DNA of 64,000 nt, from NCBI RefSeq assembly GCF_004010195.1, contig NC_057718.1:65043548-65107547 (forward strand), in the 5' to 3' direction. This stretch comes from Chiloscyllium plagiosum (Eukaryota). Shown piece after piece: positions 51,060-63,354 of the stretch. The stretch's first letter is position 1; the number at the start of each line of letters is the position of its first letter. Under the pieces are notes generated by a model, which did no database searches, was not told the origin of the DNA, and worked only from the letters and a program-made list of their open reading frames with translations. Both the position numbers and the translations under genes were made by a program.

Positions 51060-52450
51060 ACGGTTACCTGAAATCCCAATACTGGTACATACTTGCTAAG
51101 TCATAACTGCACCACCAATCCTGGTTTTGCATAGATTTCTCCTCCAATCCTGTTAGCCTGACTGCCTATTTCCACACTGACACAATTTTATATATCTCAA
51201 TTAAATCTCCCCTCAGTCTCTTCCATTCTAATGAGAACAACACTTGCCCATCCAATCTTTCCTCAGAGCCACACTTTTCCAGTCCTGAAGAAGGGCTTAT
51301 GTCCGAAACATCGATTCTCCTGTTCCCTGGATGCTGCCTGACCTGCTGCGCTTTTCCAGCAACACATTTTCAGTCCTGGCTACACCCTCATAAATCTTCT
51401 CCGCACCCTGTCGAGTGCAATTATGTCTTTGTTGTAATGAGAAAAGCAGTACTGAACACAGTACTCAAATTATGGCCTAACTAGTTATTTATACAATTCT
51501 TGGATAACCTCCTTTCTCTTATATTAAATACCTCAGGTAATGAAGAAAAGGATTCAAATATGTCTTTTTAACTACTGTGACCTGTCCTGTTACCTTCAGG
51601 GATCTTTGGACTTTTTCTATATCTCTCATTCATTTTGTATTCCTTTGCCTTATTTCACCTCCCCAAATGAATTACCTTACAGTTCTCCAGGTTGAATTCC
51701 ATTTATCAATTTTTTGCCCACCTGAACAGTCCAGCTTCTTAAAACTAGCCTCCTCACTATCAACCACAAAGTTAATGTTGTACAATCTACAAATATCCTG
51801 ATCTTCCCAGTACATTTACATCCAAATTTTTTATATGCACCACAAAAACCAGAGGACATGCACGAAGTCCTGTAGAATTCCATTGTAAACAGCCTTCTTG
51901 TTGTAAATCAACCATTAATCATTACCCACTGCTTCTTGCCCACCAAGTCAGTGTTGTATCCACTGGATCTCACTTGTTCTCAACCAGTCTGCCATATGGG
52001 ATCTTGTCAAATGCCTTGTGTTCCATGTAAACCACATCCACTACACTACCTTCCTCAATCCTCCTTGTTATACCCAAAAAAATTCAATCAAGTTAGTCAG
52101 GCATAATCTTCCCTTAGGAAGTCCATGCAAACCAGCCTTGAATGATCTATGCCTTCCTAAGAGCCCATTTATCCTGTCCCTCAGAATTGATTCCATTAAT
52201 TTTCCCATTTCTGAGGTTAGATTGACTGGCCTGTATTTGTTCAGTTTACCCATTCCTTATTTTGGACAAGATACAAAGTTCGCAGTCTTCCCATCCTCTG
52301 GCACTATATCTATACCTAGTGAGGATTGGAAAATATTTTCAAGTATTTTTCACCTTCCTTACTGGCTTTTTTAAAACAGCCCTGGGGTTCATTGCAAGTG
52401 ACACTGTTTCTTTGTCCACTTTAAAGAATGTTAATCTCATCAATACTTCC
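51060..52450 (-). mobile_element. Old CR1 RT to 3' end
   Basis: KYRPVNLTSEMGKLMESILRD...[17 protein letters not shown] (52068-52253). Confidence 0.85.
51284..51372 (+). mobile_element. Solo PLE terminal repeat (family 1) in CR1, degenerate hammerhead
   Basis: CUGAAGA-A-GGGC-UUAU-GUCC-GAAAC-AUC; CAGTCCTG on both sides. Confidence 0.8.
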
Positions 52451-53186
52451 TCTTCTCCTAATATTCTTCTAAATGTGTTGTGTTCAGAAACTGTGCAGAA
52501 TATCTATGGCATAGTCTAACTGTGACTTTGCATAGCTGAAGCATGAAATTCTACACATTTGTATTTGATTCTTTAGCTTGAAAGAACAGCATTCCATTAG
52601 GCTTTTTGATTACTTTCTGTACCTGAAGCTGGTCACCAACATTTAAGGACATGCTCCTGTGGCACCAGCCACCTGCTCCCCATGTCCATAGACATTAGCA
52701 TCTGCCATATACTGGTTTCTAATTCATGGGAAGTCTCCAATCCATTTACAGAATGCTGATGAACCTCAGGCTGTACCAGAACTATCATTCTAATGTTGCA
52801 GCAAAGACACTTTGTGTTCTGGCACTGAGCTCATGGACTGCACCAGGTTGCAACTTTGGCTCTTTGTTCAGCACTCACTCTGAACTTCCCTGGATGTTTG
52901 GTACCTTGAATAATGTCTATTTAAATGCAGATGAGAGGGTAGGGGATGGGGGAAGTAGTAAACGAATAGGTGGGGATAGAGCCCAAAGAGAACAGTTGGA
53001 CAGACAAAGGAGTGGATAACGATCTGGCTAGGAGGGTGAATAGCAATTAATGGAGACAGTTAGTGGCGCACAATCGATTGTGTGTAATAACAGACTATGT
53101 GATAGCAAGGAGCTGAATGACGGGGTAGGGGCAAATACATGGGCGAGTTCATGCCCTAAAGTTATTGAACTCAATATTGAATCATA

Positions 53187-53525
53187 TTGATTCCATACAG
53201 TGTGGAAACAGGCCATTTGGCCCAACAAGTCCACACTGACCCTCTGAAGAGTAACCCACTCAGACTCATTCCCCTGTCCTATTACTCTACATTTCCCCAA
53301 ACTAATGCATCTAACTTACGTATCCCTGAAGACTACGGGCAATTTAGCATTGCTAATTGACCTAACCCACACATCTTTGGACTGTGGGAGGAAACTGGAG
53401 CACCCAGAGGAAACACATTCAGACACTAGGAGAATGTGCAAACTCCGTGCAGACAGTCGTCTGAAGCTGGAATCAAACCTAGGACCCTAGTGCTGTGGCA
53501 CAGCAGTGCTAGCCACTGAGCCACC
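53187..53525 (-). mobile_element. HE1-type SINE nested in PLE
   Basis: ACAGTGTGGAAACAGGCC tail through GCCACTGAGCCACC head. Confidence 0.88.
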
Positions 53526-55721
53526 AAGTCCAGAGAGCTGCAGGGTTCTCAAATGGAAAATGAGGTGTTGTTCATCCTGTTTGTGCTGAGCTTCGCTGGA
53601 GCACTGCACAAGCCTGAGGCAGAGTTTTTAGCCACGGAAGAGTGGTGTGTTGAAGTGGCAGGCAACTGGAATCTCAGGGTCTTTTTTGTCGGCAGAATAT
53701 AGGCGTTCTGCAAAATGATTATCCAGTTTGTGTTTTGTTGCCCCATTGTAGAGGGGACCACATTGTGAGCAGTGAATGCAGCAGGCTAGATTGTGTGAAG
53801 TGCACGTAGAGCACTGTAAAGCGCAGCAGACCTATTCATTGCGAACTGTCAACGTGACCTTGGTAATCTCAGTTTCTCTGTCCGCCTCACCCATTCCATC
53901 CTTTCCTTCCAGGAACTGACTGCACTCTGTGCGCTTAAATCCAACCCTGACTATGTCATTAAGCCTGTTGATAAGGATGGTGTAGTCTGGTGGACTGACC
54001 TCTAGGTTGTAGAGGCTGAGTGCCTGCTCTCTGACACCATCTTCCACCTCCCCCAGACCATGGCCCCACAATGGAACATCAGGCCATTGTGTCAACTATG
54101 CTCACCAACCTCATTTCATCTGGTAATCTCCTCACTGCTGCCTCCATCCTCATATTCTCCTAACTCCACACAGCTTGCTTCTACCCCCTTCCCAAAATCC
54201 ATAGGCAGGTCTATTGCTTCTGCCCACTCCTGCCCCACAGAACTCATTCTTCCTACCTTGACTCAATCTTTTCTCCCAAGGTCCAGTCCCTGCTCACTTA
54301 CAGCCAGGATTCCTCTGATGCTTTACAGCAGTTTTGACATTTCCAGTTAGCGCATTCCAGTTGCCTCCTCATTACCATGGATGTTTAATCCTTTTACCAG
54401 TCCATCCCCCACCAGGATGGTCTCAGGATCCTCTGCTTCTTCCTGGAATAGAGGCCTGAACCGTTCATACTCATCACCATCCTCCTCTGCCTAGCTGAGC
54501 TCATCCTCACCCTGAACAACTTCTCTTTTAACTTCTCCCATTTTCTTCATGTCAGATGGGTGGCCATGGGTACCTGCATGGGCCCCAGTTATGTTTATCT
54601 CTTCATGGGGTATGAGAAACACTCCTTGATTTCGTCCTTTTGCGGCTCCGACCCACCACTCTTCTCCAATATATCGAGGGAAGCATTGGTACTGCTTCCC
54701 TCTCTCGTCTAGAATTGGAAAAGCTTTTCAATTTTGCCTCCAATCTCCGCCCTGCTCTTACTTTCACCTGATCTATCTCTAACTTCTCCCTTCCCTTCCT
54801 TGACATCCCTGTTCCCAATTTTGGGGACAGACTGCCCACCAATATCCACAATAAACCCACTGACTCCCTTGACTCTACATTCTCACACCCCGCTTCCTGT
54901 AAAGATTCTATTCCATTCTCGCAGTTACTCTGTCTCCATCACATCTGTTCCGATGATGTCGACTTCGACAAGGGAGCCTCCAAAATGTCCACTTTCTTCC
55001 TCAATTGAAGATTCTCCAGCATTGTTGCTGACAGAGCCCTCAACCGGGTCTGCCCCATCCCCCACAATTCAGCCCTCACCCCCTCTCTTCCCTCCCGCAA
55101 CAGTGATAGGGTCCTTTTTGTCCCACCACCTGCATCCATATCCAGAGGATCATTAGCCGCCATTTCTGCCACTTCCAGCAAGATGCCATCACCAGCCACA
55201 TATTCCCCTCCCTTCCCTTGTCCACCCTCCACAGGGATTGTTCACTCTGGGACACCCTGTCCACTCTTCTTTCATTCCCTACACTCCCCCACAGTCTCAC
55301 AGCAACCACAGAAGTGCAACACTTGCCCAATTACATCCTCCCTTCTCAGTATCCGAGGGTCCAAACACACCTTCCAGGTGAAGCAGCGCTTTATGTACAC
55401 TTCACACAATCTAGCCTACTGCATTTGCTGCTCACAATGTGATCTCCTCTACAATGGGGAAACAAAACATAGACTGGGTGACCATTTCGCAGAACACCTA
55501 CGTCTGCTCGCAAAAGAAAACCTTGAGATTCCAGACGTCTGTCACTTGAACACACCACCCAGTTCCCTGGTCAATGCCTCCTGTCTCAAGCTTGTGGCAG
55601 TGTTCTGGTGACATTCAGTGTTCTGTGTCCTTCAGCACAAGCTGGAGGAACAATGCCTCATCTTCCGTTTGGGAAACCCTGAAGCTCTCTGGACTCTCCT
55701 GTGTATTTTCTCCTACCCCCA

Positions 55722-56370
55722 GGTAGGGAGGGTTTAGAGGGCTATGGGTCAAATGCTGGCAAATGGGACTAGATTAGGTTAGGATATCTGGTCAAAATGG
55801 ACAAGTTGGACTAAAGGGTCCGTTTCTGTGCTGTACATCTCTATGACTTATACACTTAATGATAAGGTCCTAGGGAGTGTTGCTGAACAAAGAGACCTTG
55901 GAGTGCAGATTCATAGCTCCTTGAAAGTGGAGTCGCAGGTCGATAGGATAGAGAAGAAGGCATTTGGTATGCTTTCCTTTACTGGTCAGAGTATTGAGTA
56001 CAGGAGTTGGGAGGGGCATGGATAGGATAAATAGACAAAGTCTTTTCCCTGGGGTCGGGGAATCCAGAACTAGAGGGCATAGGCTTAGGGTGAGATGGGA
56101 AAGATATAAAAGACACCTAAGGGGCAACCTTTTCATGCAGAAGGTGGTGCGTGTATGGAATGTGCTGCCAGAGGAAGTGGAGGAGGCTGGTACAATTGCG
56201 ACATGTAAGAGGCATTTGGATAGGTATATGAATAGGAAGGGTTTGGAGGGATATGGGCCGGGTGCTGGCAGGTGGGACTAGATTGTGTTGGGATATCTGG
56301 TCGGCATGGACGGGTTGGACCGAAAAGTCTGTTTCCATGCTGTACACCTTTATGACTATGACTCTATGAC
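55722..56370 (+). mobile_element. Two tandem CR1 3' fragments nested in PLE
   Basis: First tail ends CTCTATGACT at about 55848; second ends ATGACTATGACTCTATGAC at 56370. Confidence 0.9.
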
Positions 56371-56714
56371 TCCTTGACTAGGCCTTGTTTTCACATAGTC
56401 TATTACACACAACCCACTGTTAGCCACTAAAAATTCCCATGAAGAGTTATTCGCCCTCCTAGCCAGATTGTTATCCACTCCCTTGTCTGTCCAACTGTTT
56501 TTCTCTCTCTTTGAGCTCTATCCTCACCTTTCATTTACTCCTTACCCCCTTTCCCCAACCCTAACTTATGCATTTAAACCAACATTTTCCTAGGTATCAT
56601 CAGTTCTAATGAAGGGGCACTGGACCCAAAATATTAACTCTGATTTCTCTCCATGGGTGCTGTCAGACCTGCCGAGCTTTGCCTGCAATTTCTGTTTTTG
56701 TTTCTAATAATTGA

Positions 56715-57085
56715 GGGGATCTTATTGAAATAAACAAGGTACAGAGAGGACCTGGCAGGGTGGATACGAAAAGGTTGCATGCTCTGTGGGGGACAGAGTT
56801 TCAAAATGATGGGTCTCCCATTTGAACCTGGGGTGAAATGTTTTTTCTTTCAGAGAGTATTTGTTAAATTTTGTTTTCCAGTGAGCACTAGAGGCTGAGC
56901 TACTGAATATAGTCAAAGGATGGACAGAGAGATAGACAGGCACAGATAGATAATTTAGAGATGTCAAGGGTTAATGCACGGAAGAGCAAGGAAGACAAAT
57001 GGAACTGAGACAGCAATCAGATCAACTATGAATTCTTTGCATATGAGAGAAGGCGTAAGGGGACTGAGTGGCCTATTCCTTCTCA
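56715..57085 (+). mobile_element. Old CR1-group 3' fragment
   Basis: GGGGATCTTATTGAAA (GDLIE) and tail GAGTGGCCTATTCCT. Confidence 0.6.
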
Positions 57086-58025
57086 GGTTTGAGTGTTATT
57101 TGCAATACTGTTTAAAACATTTTGAAAGATTTTCTTTCTGTTTTAGTGATACATGGAGCTACATATTTCATCTTGTTCAGTGTGACTTAATCTAAAAATC
57201 TTTAAAATTGTGTTAAGATGGAACAATCAGCTGCATGTGTCAATGAGAGATACTCAGATTTTCAGCCAACCACTTATGGAGAAGCACATACCTCTTAATG
57301 ATTTTGCTGCTTGCAAGTGTTCCAAAATTCTTCTGGGAATTTTACTCCATATTACATGACAGTGCAGGCAAATACTCCATTTCACCTCCTATTATACTTG
57401 AATTTTTCATTTGATATTGCATTTAAGCTTGATATTGCTGATGCCTTTTCTGAGGGGATCGCCTACTCACTGTGAATTTCATCTGCTCAACATCTGGATC
57501 AACATTCGCAATATCCAAAGATTTAATGTTTGCCAATGGAGACTGGCCTACTTGAATATGTAACATGTTCTTTTTGTCTCAAGTCTGCAAATTGTGCCTA
57601 CTCTTTCAGATGGAGCCTTAGGTTACAAACCAACTGATGACGATTTTAACACCGAATTTCAAACTCAGCAGTATTTGGTTAATTATGGTACACAGTGCAG
57701 CAATTATGAACTGATTTGTCCTTTAGCTTTCTTTCAACACATATGGAACCTTTAAAGTTAATGGTCACTGTTTACACGGCACAGTTACTGGTTCTGAAGC
57801 ATGGTTTAGACTGATCAACAACCTTGTGTCCCAGTTGGATGCTCATTAGAAGCTTTGAATGAAAACATTGTGCCCAAATGATAGTCATTACCTCTCCTGG
57901 TCCTTCAGCATCCAATGGAAAATTTTCATTATGCTTTTTTTAATTAATTCAAATCCTTGCACATTCTTATCTCTGTAACCTCCACCAAACACCGAGCAAA
58001 ACAAAATCTCCATTTCTTTAACTAT

Positions 58026-58126
58026 GAGTCAAGATCAGAGTGGTGCTGGAAAAGCATAGCAAGTCAGGCAACATCCGAGGAGCAGGAAAATCAATGTTTC
58101 AGGCAGGAGCCCTTCATCAGAAATGA
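58026..58126 (-). mobile_element. Solo PLE terminal repeat (family 1), degenerate hammerhead
   Basis: Minus strand CUGAUGA-A-GGGC-UCCU-GCCU-GAAAC-AUU. Confidence 0.8.
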
Positions 58127-60425
58127 GGCCCTTGCAGCTTTTGATCCATTATTGGTGACCATATCACTAGTTGTGCAGCTTCCTTCCAAAACTCCATCCC
58201 TTCCTTTTCAACCCTCCTTAAACTCATTCATCACAGATTCAACGATCTAATGCATCCTTTACTGTCTTGCCATTCATTTTTGTCTGATTACAAATCTGTC
58301 AGCATTTTTCAATGGGTTTCCACTTTCAAGGTGCTGCATGAATGCAGATTGTTGTTATTTTTCTTCCTTCCAGCTATAAACCAGACACGATGTTCATTGC
58401 CAACATCACCATTATGTGCTACGGTGACCACACACCTGTAGAAATACAAGTTCTGAACAGCATAGAAAGACCCTCAGTACCTGACCTGCTACCTCACTCA
58501 TTGCCCCATTCCCTGAGCAAAGTGATGAGCTATACAGTAAGGGATGTGGCAGCAGTTTGGTGGGGGTGGGTGGGGGCGATGTGCAGTAGAGCCAGTGGCT
58601 AGCAGCAAGAGGGGTAAGAGACCAGCAGTATCATCAGAAAGGAAGGTAGGTAATAGAAGCTAGCAAGCCATGGGGACTGGTGAACAGCAACTAGTGGAGT
58701 GCGAGAAAGCGGCCTGCAGGAACACACATTCTGATAAGCCAAGATCAACACTCCAACACAGCCTGGATCTTGGAGCTACACCAGGTAACATGAGGCACTT
58801 GGTTTAGCTTGCAATTATTTTCCAGTAATTTAAAAAAAAACAAAAGGTCTTTTCAACAGAATCTCATTGATGAGTCAGTAATCAATCGATATCAGCATAG
58901 TAACCTCTTCCTTGTTTGACAGGAACCAATTCAATTACACATAATGAATGTTGACCTTGCTGAATGAAATGTGTCTCTCTATACCTTGCATGAGCAGCTA
59001 ATAAATCACAATATTTATCCTTTATGTGTTCATGATAATTAATAATAGACTAGTGAAAAAGAAAATAATCAATAAACTAACATGGAGAGAAAGCTTTATA
59101 TTTTGTCACAAACTCCATTTGATTTTGAAACATATCAGAGGAAAAACCAATAATGAATATGATAGTCATCCTGGAACACCATCTTGATGTATGCAAGGCA
59201 AATCAGCCAGCATGTGTCATCAGTGAGTTTTTACCGGCTGCTTTGGAAATAAATTGATTTCTGGAGCTAGTTTATTTCCCCTCGAACCATTCTTCATGAA
59301 GCATAACTGGCAGAACTTTCCCACTTCTCATAAACGTGTTGGAAGGATCTGCAGGTTGATAATCAATGTGTTTGGCACAGTATAAAAGTACCTTCGATGG
59401 CCAAATGCTGGAGTGGGGTCGAACCCAGAGATTTTAGTTCATAAGCACGGACACTACTCACAGCACTGTGAGACCTCCTCTATGGTGCTGTTTGGTACTT
59501 CATGGGAATTGTGCTACATGCAGGATATTTACAATGGAGTAGGTAGGAAATGCAGACAAGTGAAGTTTAGAATCTGTCACAAAGGCTAAAAGTTTATAAT
59601 AGTCAATGATGTGAAGATTTTAAAATGCCTTGGATCATTATCTTTAAATTATATTTTTGTACAGAAACGTTCATAGGGAAATGAGGAATAACAATATTAT
59701 TCACTGCAGGAGGAAGTCTTTGACAATTCCCTTAAATATTATTTTTCATACGTTAGGTGTTCCAAATTCCAAATTAAAGAATTTTCTTTATTTTTTATGT
59801 TAGTATCCTCCACATTGACAGTGGTAAGTATTATGAACAATGAGACATGGTGACGTTACTACTGTTCCACTGCCAACACTAAAGGTGCTCAGTTTTACAT
59901 GGGATCTCCTTCATTCCCCTGACGTCCTCATGACAGAAATCAGATGGTGTTGACTTCAAGCAAAATGCTTCATCTGCTGAAAGGCAAACAGCTGTCAAGT
60001 TGGGTAACAAAGGCATAATTAGATAATGAGCATTCACAGTGATTTTCTTCCGGCTGTTACACACAGCAATCTTATGTTCATGTATGTGTGGGTGAGCCAT
60101 GGTACTTATCTTACAATGATGGCATCTGAGATCACCCTGATACAAACAACGAAACTGTCAATGTAAGCAACCTGGTAAAATTGATCGGAACTGAAGAACA
60201 GCTTTCTGTCTGCACTTTGCGAGGTTAAGTGCAATCAAGTGCAAACGTTGCTGCAAGTGCCATTAGCATTTCTCCTCTTTTCTTCTCATTGCAGAGATAC
60301 AAAACCCCAGCCAGAAAGTTAAAAGCTGCATTTATCCTGCACTTAGAAGGATTCATGGGTCATTTGGTGGATCTTATCCATTCAGGAGTACTTTATGAGC
60401 ATTGTCAGGGCAGGTGGGAGGGACT

Positions 60426-60576
60426 GAAGAGTGTGGTGCTGGAAAAGCACAGCAGATCAGGCAGCATCCAAGGGGCAGGAGGATTGATGTTTCGGGCATT
60501 AGCTCTTTGTCAGAAATATTCCAATACCACACTCTTCGACTCTGATCTCTGGCATCTGTAGTCCTCACTTTCTCCA
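60426..60576 (-). mobile_element. PLE terminal repeat (family 1) with its extreme 3' part inverted
   Basis: Minus copy 60426-60516, plus copy 60519-60575; TSD GTGGGAGGGA/GTAGGAGGGA at 60414-60423 and 60578-60587. Confidence 0.8.
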
Positions 60577-62629
60577 AGTAGGAGGGATCTTCAACCTCAC
60601 CATGGCACCAGGTTGGAAACATACTGCCAGGGTTTGTACCCACCTGATGTGGCTACTCAAGGGTCCTAGTGGGTAGGCAGTCCTCAAATCATTCTACCTC
60701 AGACGTAATCATAGTTGAAAGTCAGTACTGTACAAGGGTCTACACAAATACATTATGCCTTTTTAAAGGGGTCCTCCCACCATCTAGTTAATTCCTTGAG
60801 GGGAGAATTAAATTCTTCCCTTTTTTCTTATAGTTCAGGTGGAACAGAATTAAACCTACCCACTGCTCAACTTTTTTAACATTTTGGTCAAGTTTGTGAA
60901 TATGTTTCAGGCGAGTGGATTGTGTAGTCTGTAAATGTGGGGAGTCATTGAACGTACAGATGACCATGTGTGCAGAAAGTGCTCACAGCTGCAGAAATTT
61001 GAGCTCTGAAGAGGGCAGAAAGAAAAAATCAGGAATAGTAACGAGAGGGAATTTATATAGTTAGGGGAACAGACAGGCCTCTGCATCTGTCAAAGTGACT
61101 CCAGGATCGTATGAAGCCTTGCCAGTGTCAGGGGCAAAGATGTCACAGCACATTTTTGCAGGAAGAGTGCACTGTCAGAGATTGTGGTCCATGTTGGTAC
61201 AAATGGTTTAGGTAGGAAGGGAGATATTGTCCTGCAAGTAGCGTTTAGAAAACAGAATCACAAATGTAATTTTGGATTATTCACAGTGCTAGGGTGCAAA
61301 CGAATATAGAAGCAGGAAGGTAAGGCAGATAAATATATGTCTATAAAGATAGTGCAGAAGGGAGAACTTTATTTCCTGGGACACTGAAACTGGCTGTAGG
61401 GAAGATAGCACCTGTATAAGCTGGATAGGTTGCACTTGACAGAGCTGGGACTAGATTCCTTGTGGGACATTTGTAGTGCCATTTAGACAGCTTTAACCTA
61501 ACTTGACTATCCCCATGGTATGGCCAATTAAGAGTATCAAATGGCCTCTCAGTGGGTAGACTGTCCTTGACTCTCTGCCTTAGATTTAATGTGGGAAGCA
61601 AAAGAAAATAGGAGAGGGATATACTAGGGCTTGCAAAGTATTTAGCAGTACAGCTGGCATTAGCATAGAGTATAGTAGGTTAATAGGGAAAATTAGAGTA
61701 GGGGAGAAAAAAAGAAGTCCAAAACAGAATTAACATGTATGTAAATACATGAAATACAGAAAATAAGGTTGGCAAGTTACAGACGGAGATTGCAATGTGG
61801 AATTATGATGTTATTGCAAAGATATGGCTTAAGGAAGGGCAAGAACATGTGTTAAATATTCCTGGATATAAGATATATAAGTCAGGAAAGATAGACAAGG
61901 AAGGGAAGGAAGACAGTTGGCAGTTTTGGTTAAAGAAGCATTGCAGTCCTAAAGAAGGAAGATGTCTCAAAGTGTCCAAGAACAAAGCCAATTTGGCTAG
62001 AGCTACAGGATAAAAATAATATAATTACATTGCTCAGTGTAGTCTACAGAACACTAACAAGTGGAAAGGATGTACAGGAACAAATCTGCAAGACAATTAC
62101 AGAAATACTAATGTATAAAGTAGTTATAATGGGGACTTCAATTTCCAAATATAGACTGGAACACAGGCACAGTAAAGGACAGCGAGTGTTTCTAGAAGAA
62201 TTCAGGACAGTTTCCTACAGCATTATGTGTCTAGTTCAACAAGCAAAGATGCATTATTGGACGTTGTCCTTGGAAATGAAGTGGGCTAAATGAATCAAAT
62301 GTCAGCGAGGGAACAGGATACAGTAATTATTGTACCACATATTCAAGAATGTTGTTAGAAAATGACATGTTATAATCTAGAGTAAGAAAATTCTGTTGAG
62401 GAGTTGACTTTAATGGGGCAAGGTCAGAACTGAGCAGGAACGATTGGAATAAGAGGTTGGCGGGATAAACAGGAACCAAACAATGGGCTACCTTCAAAGT
62501 GCGGAATGATGTGACCACAGTGGAAGTATATGGAAAAACATAGGAAAAACAAATCCAGAGTTCCTTGGATAACAAAGGAGGTAGAAATTAATATTAAAAA
62601 GAAATGTATGCTTATTACAGAGGTAAGAG

Positions 62630-62854
62630 ACAAAAACAAAACTGCAGATGCTGGAATCCAAAGTAGACAGGCAGGAGGCTGGAAGAACACAGCAAGCCAT
62701 GCAGCATCAGGAAGAGTAGCCATCGTCTCGGGTATAACCCTTCTTCAGGATTGGGCGTGTGTGTGAGGGTAACTACAGGTAAAGGGGGTGGTGGGTGTAG
62801 GGTGGTGAAGTGGGGATAGATGAAAACAGGTACAGCGTACGACCTGGTTGGTCA
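62630..62854 (-). mobile_element. PLE 3' end nested in CR1, truncated by gap; degenerate hammerhead
   Basis: ACTGCAGATGCTGGAATC; minus strand CUGAAGA-A-GGGU-UAU-ACCC-GAGAC-GAU. Confidence 0.7.
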
Positions 62855-63354
62855 NNNNNNNNNNNNNNNNNNNNNNNNNNNNNNNNNNNNNNNNNNNNNN
62901 NNNNNNNNNNNNNNNNNNNNNNNNNNNNNNNNNNNNNNNNNNNNNNNNNNNNNNNNNNNNNNNNNNNNNNNNNNNNNNNNNNNNNNNNNNNNNNNNNNNN
63001 NNNNNNNNNNNNNNNNNNNNNNNNNNNNNNNNNNNNNNNNNNNNNNNNNNNNNNNNNNNNNNNNNNNNNNNNNNNNNNNNNNNNNNNNNNNNNNNNNNNN
63101 NNNNNNNNNNNNNNNNNNNNNNNNNNNNNNNNNNNNNNNNNNNNNNNNNNNNNNNNNNNNNNNNNNNNNNNNNNNNNNNNNNNNNNNNNNNNNNNNNNNN
63201 NNNNNNNNNNNNNNNNNNNNNNNNNNNNNNNNNNNNNNNNNNNNNNNNNNNNNNNNNNNNNNNNNNNNNNNNNNNNNNNNNNNNNNNNNNNNNNNNNNNN
63301 NNNNNNNNNNNNNNNNNNNNNNNNNNNNNNNNNNNNNNNNNNNNNNNNNNNNNN
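62855..63354. other. Assembly gap (500 N)
   Basis: Ns in sequence. Confidence 1.

Larger units (their letters stand above)
52925..56703 (+). mobile_element. Penelope-like element (family 3): RT and GIY-YIG on plus (about 53830-55700), 3' end 56370-56703, inverted 3' copy on minus at 52925-53820
   Basis: VIKPVDK, GVAMGTCMGPSY-like RT motifs; SHNLAYCICCSQCDLLYNGETKHRLGDHFAEHLR (GIY-YIG); degenerate hammerhead AGUU-CUAAUGA...AUU-AACU at about 56602-56639. Confidence 0.85.

Noticed and set aside
57600..57680. Possible coding exon after CTTTCAG (DGALGYKPTDDDFNTEFQTQ)
   Set aside because: No recognisable homology, weak splice sites, no partner exons
60270..60400. Polypyrimidine tract and CAG acceptor suggesting an exon
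   Set aside because: No convincing donor or recognisable peptide; the frame runs into a PLE repeat
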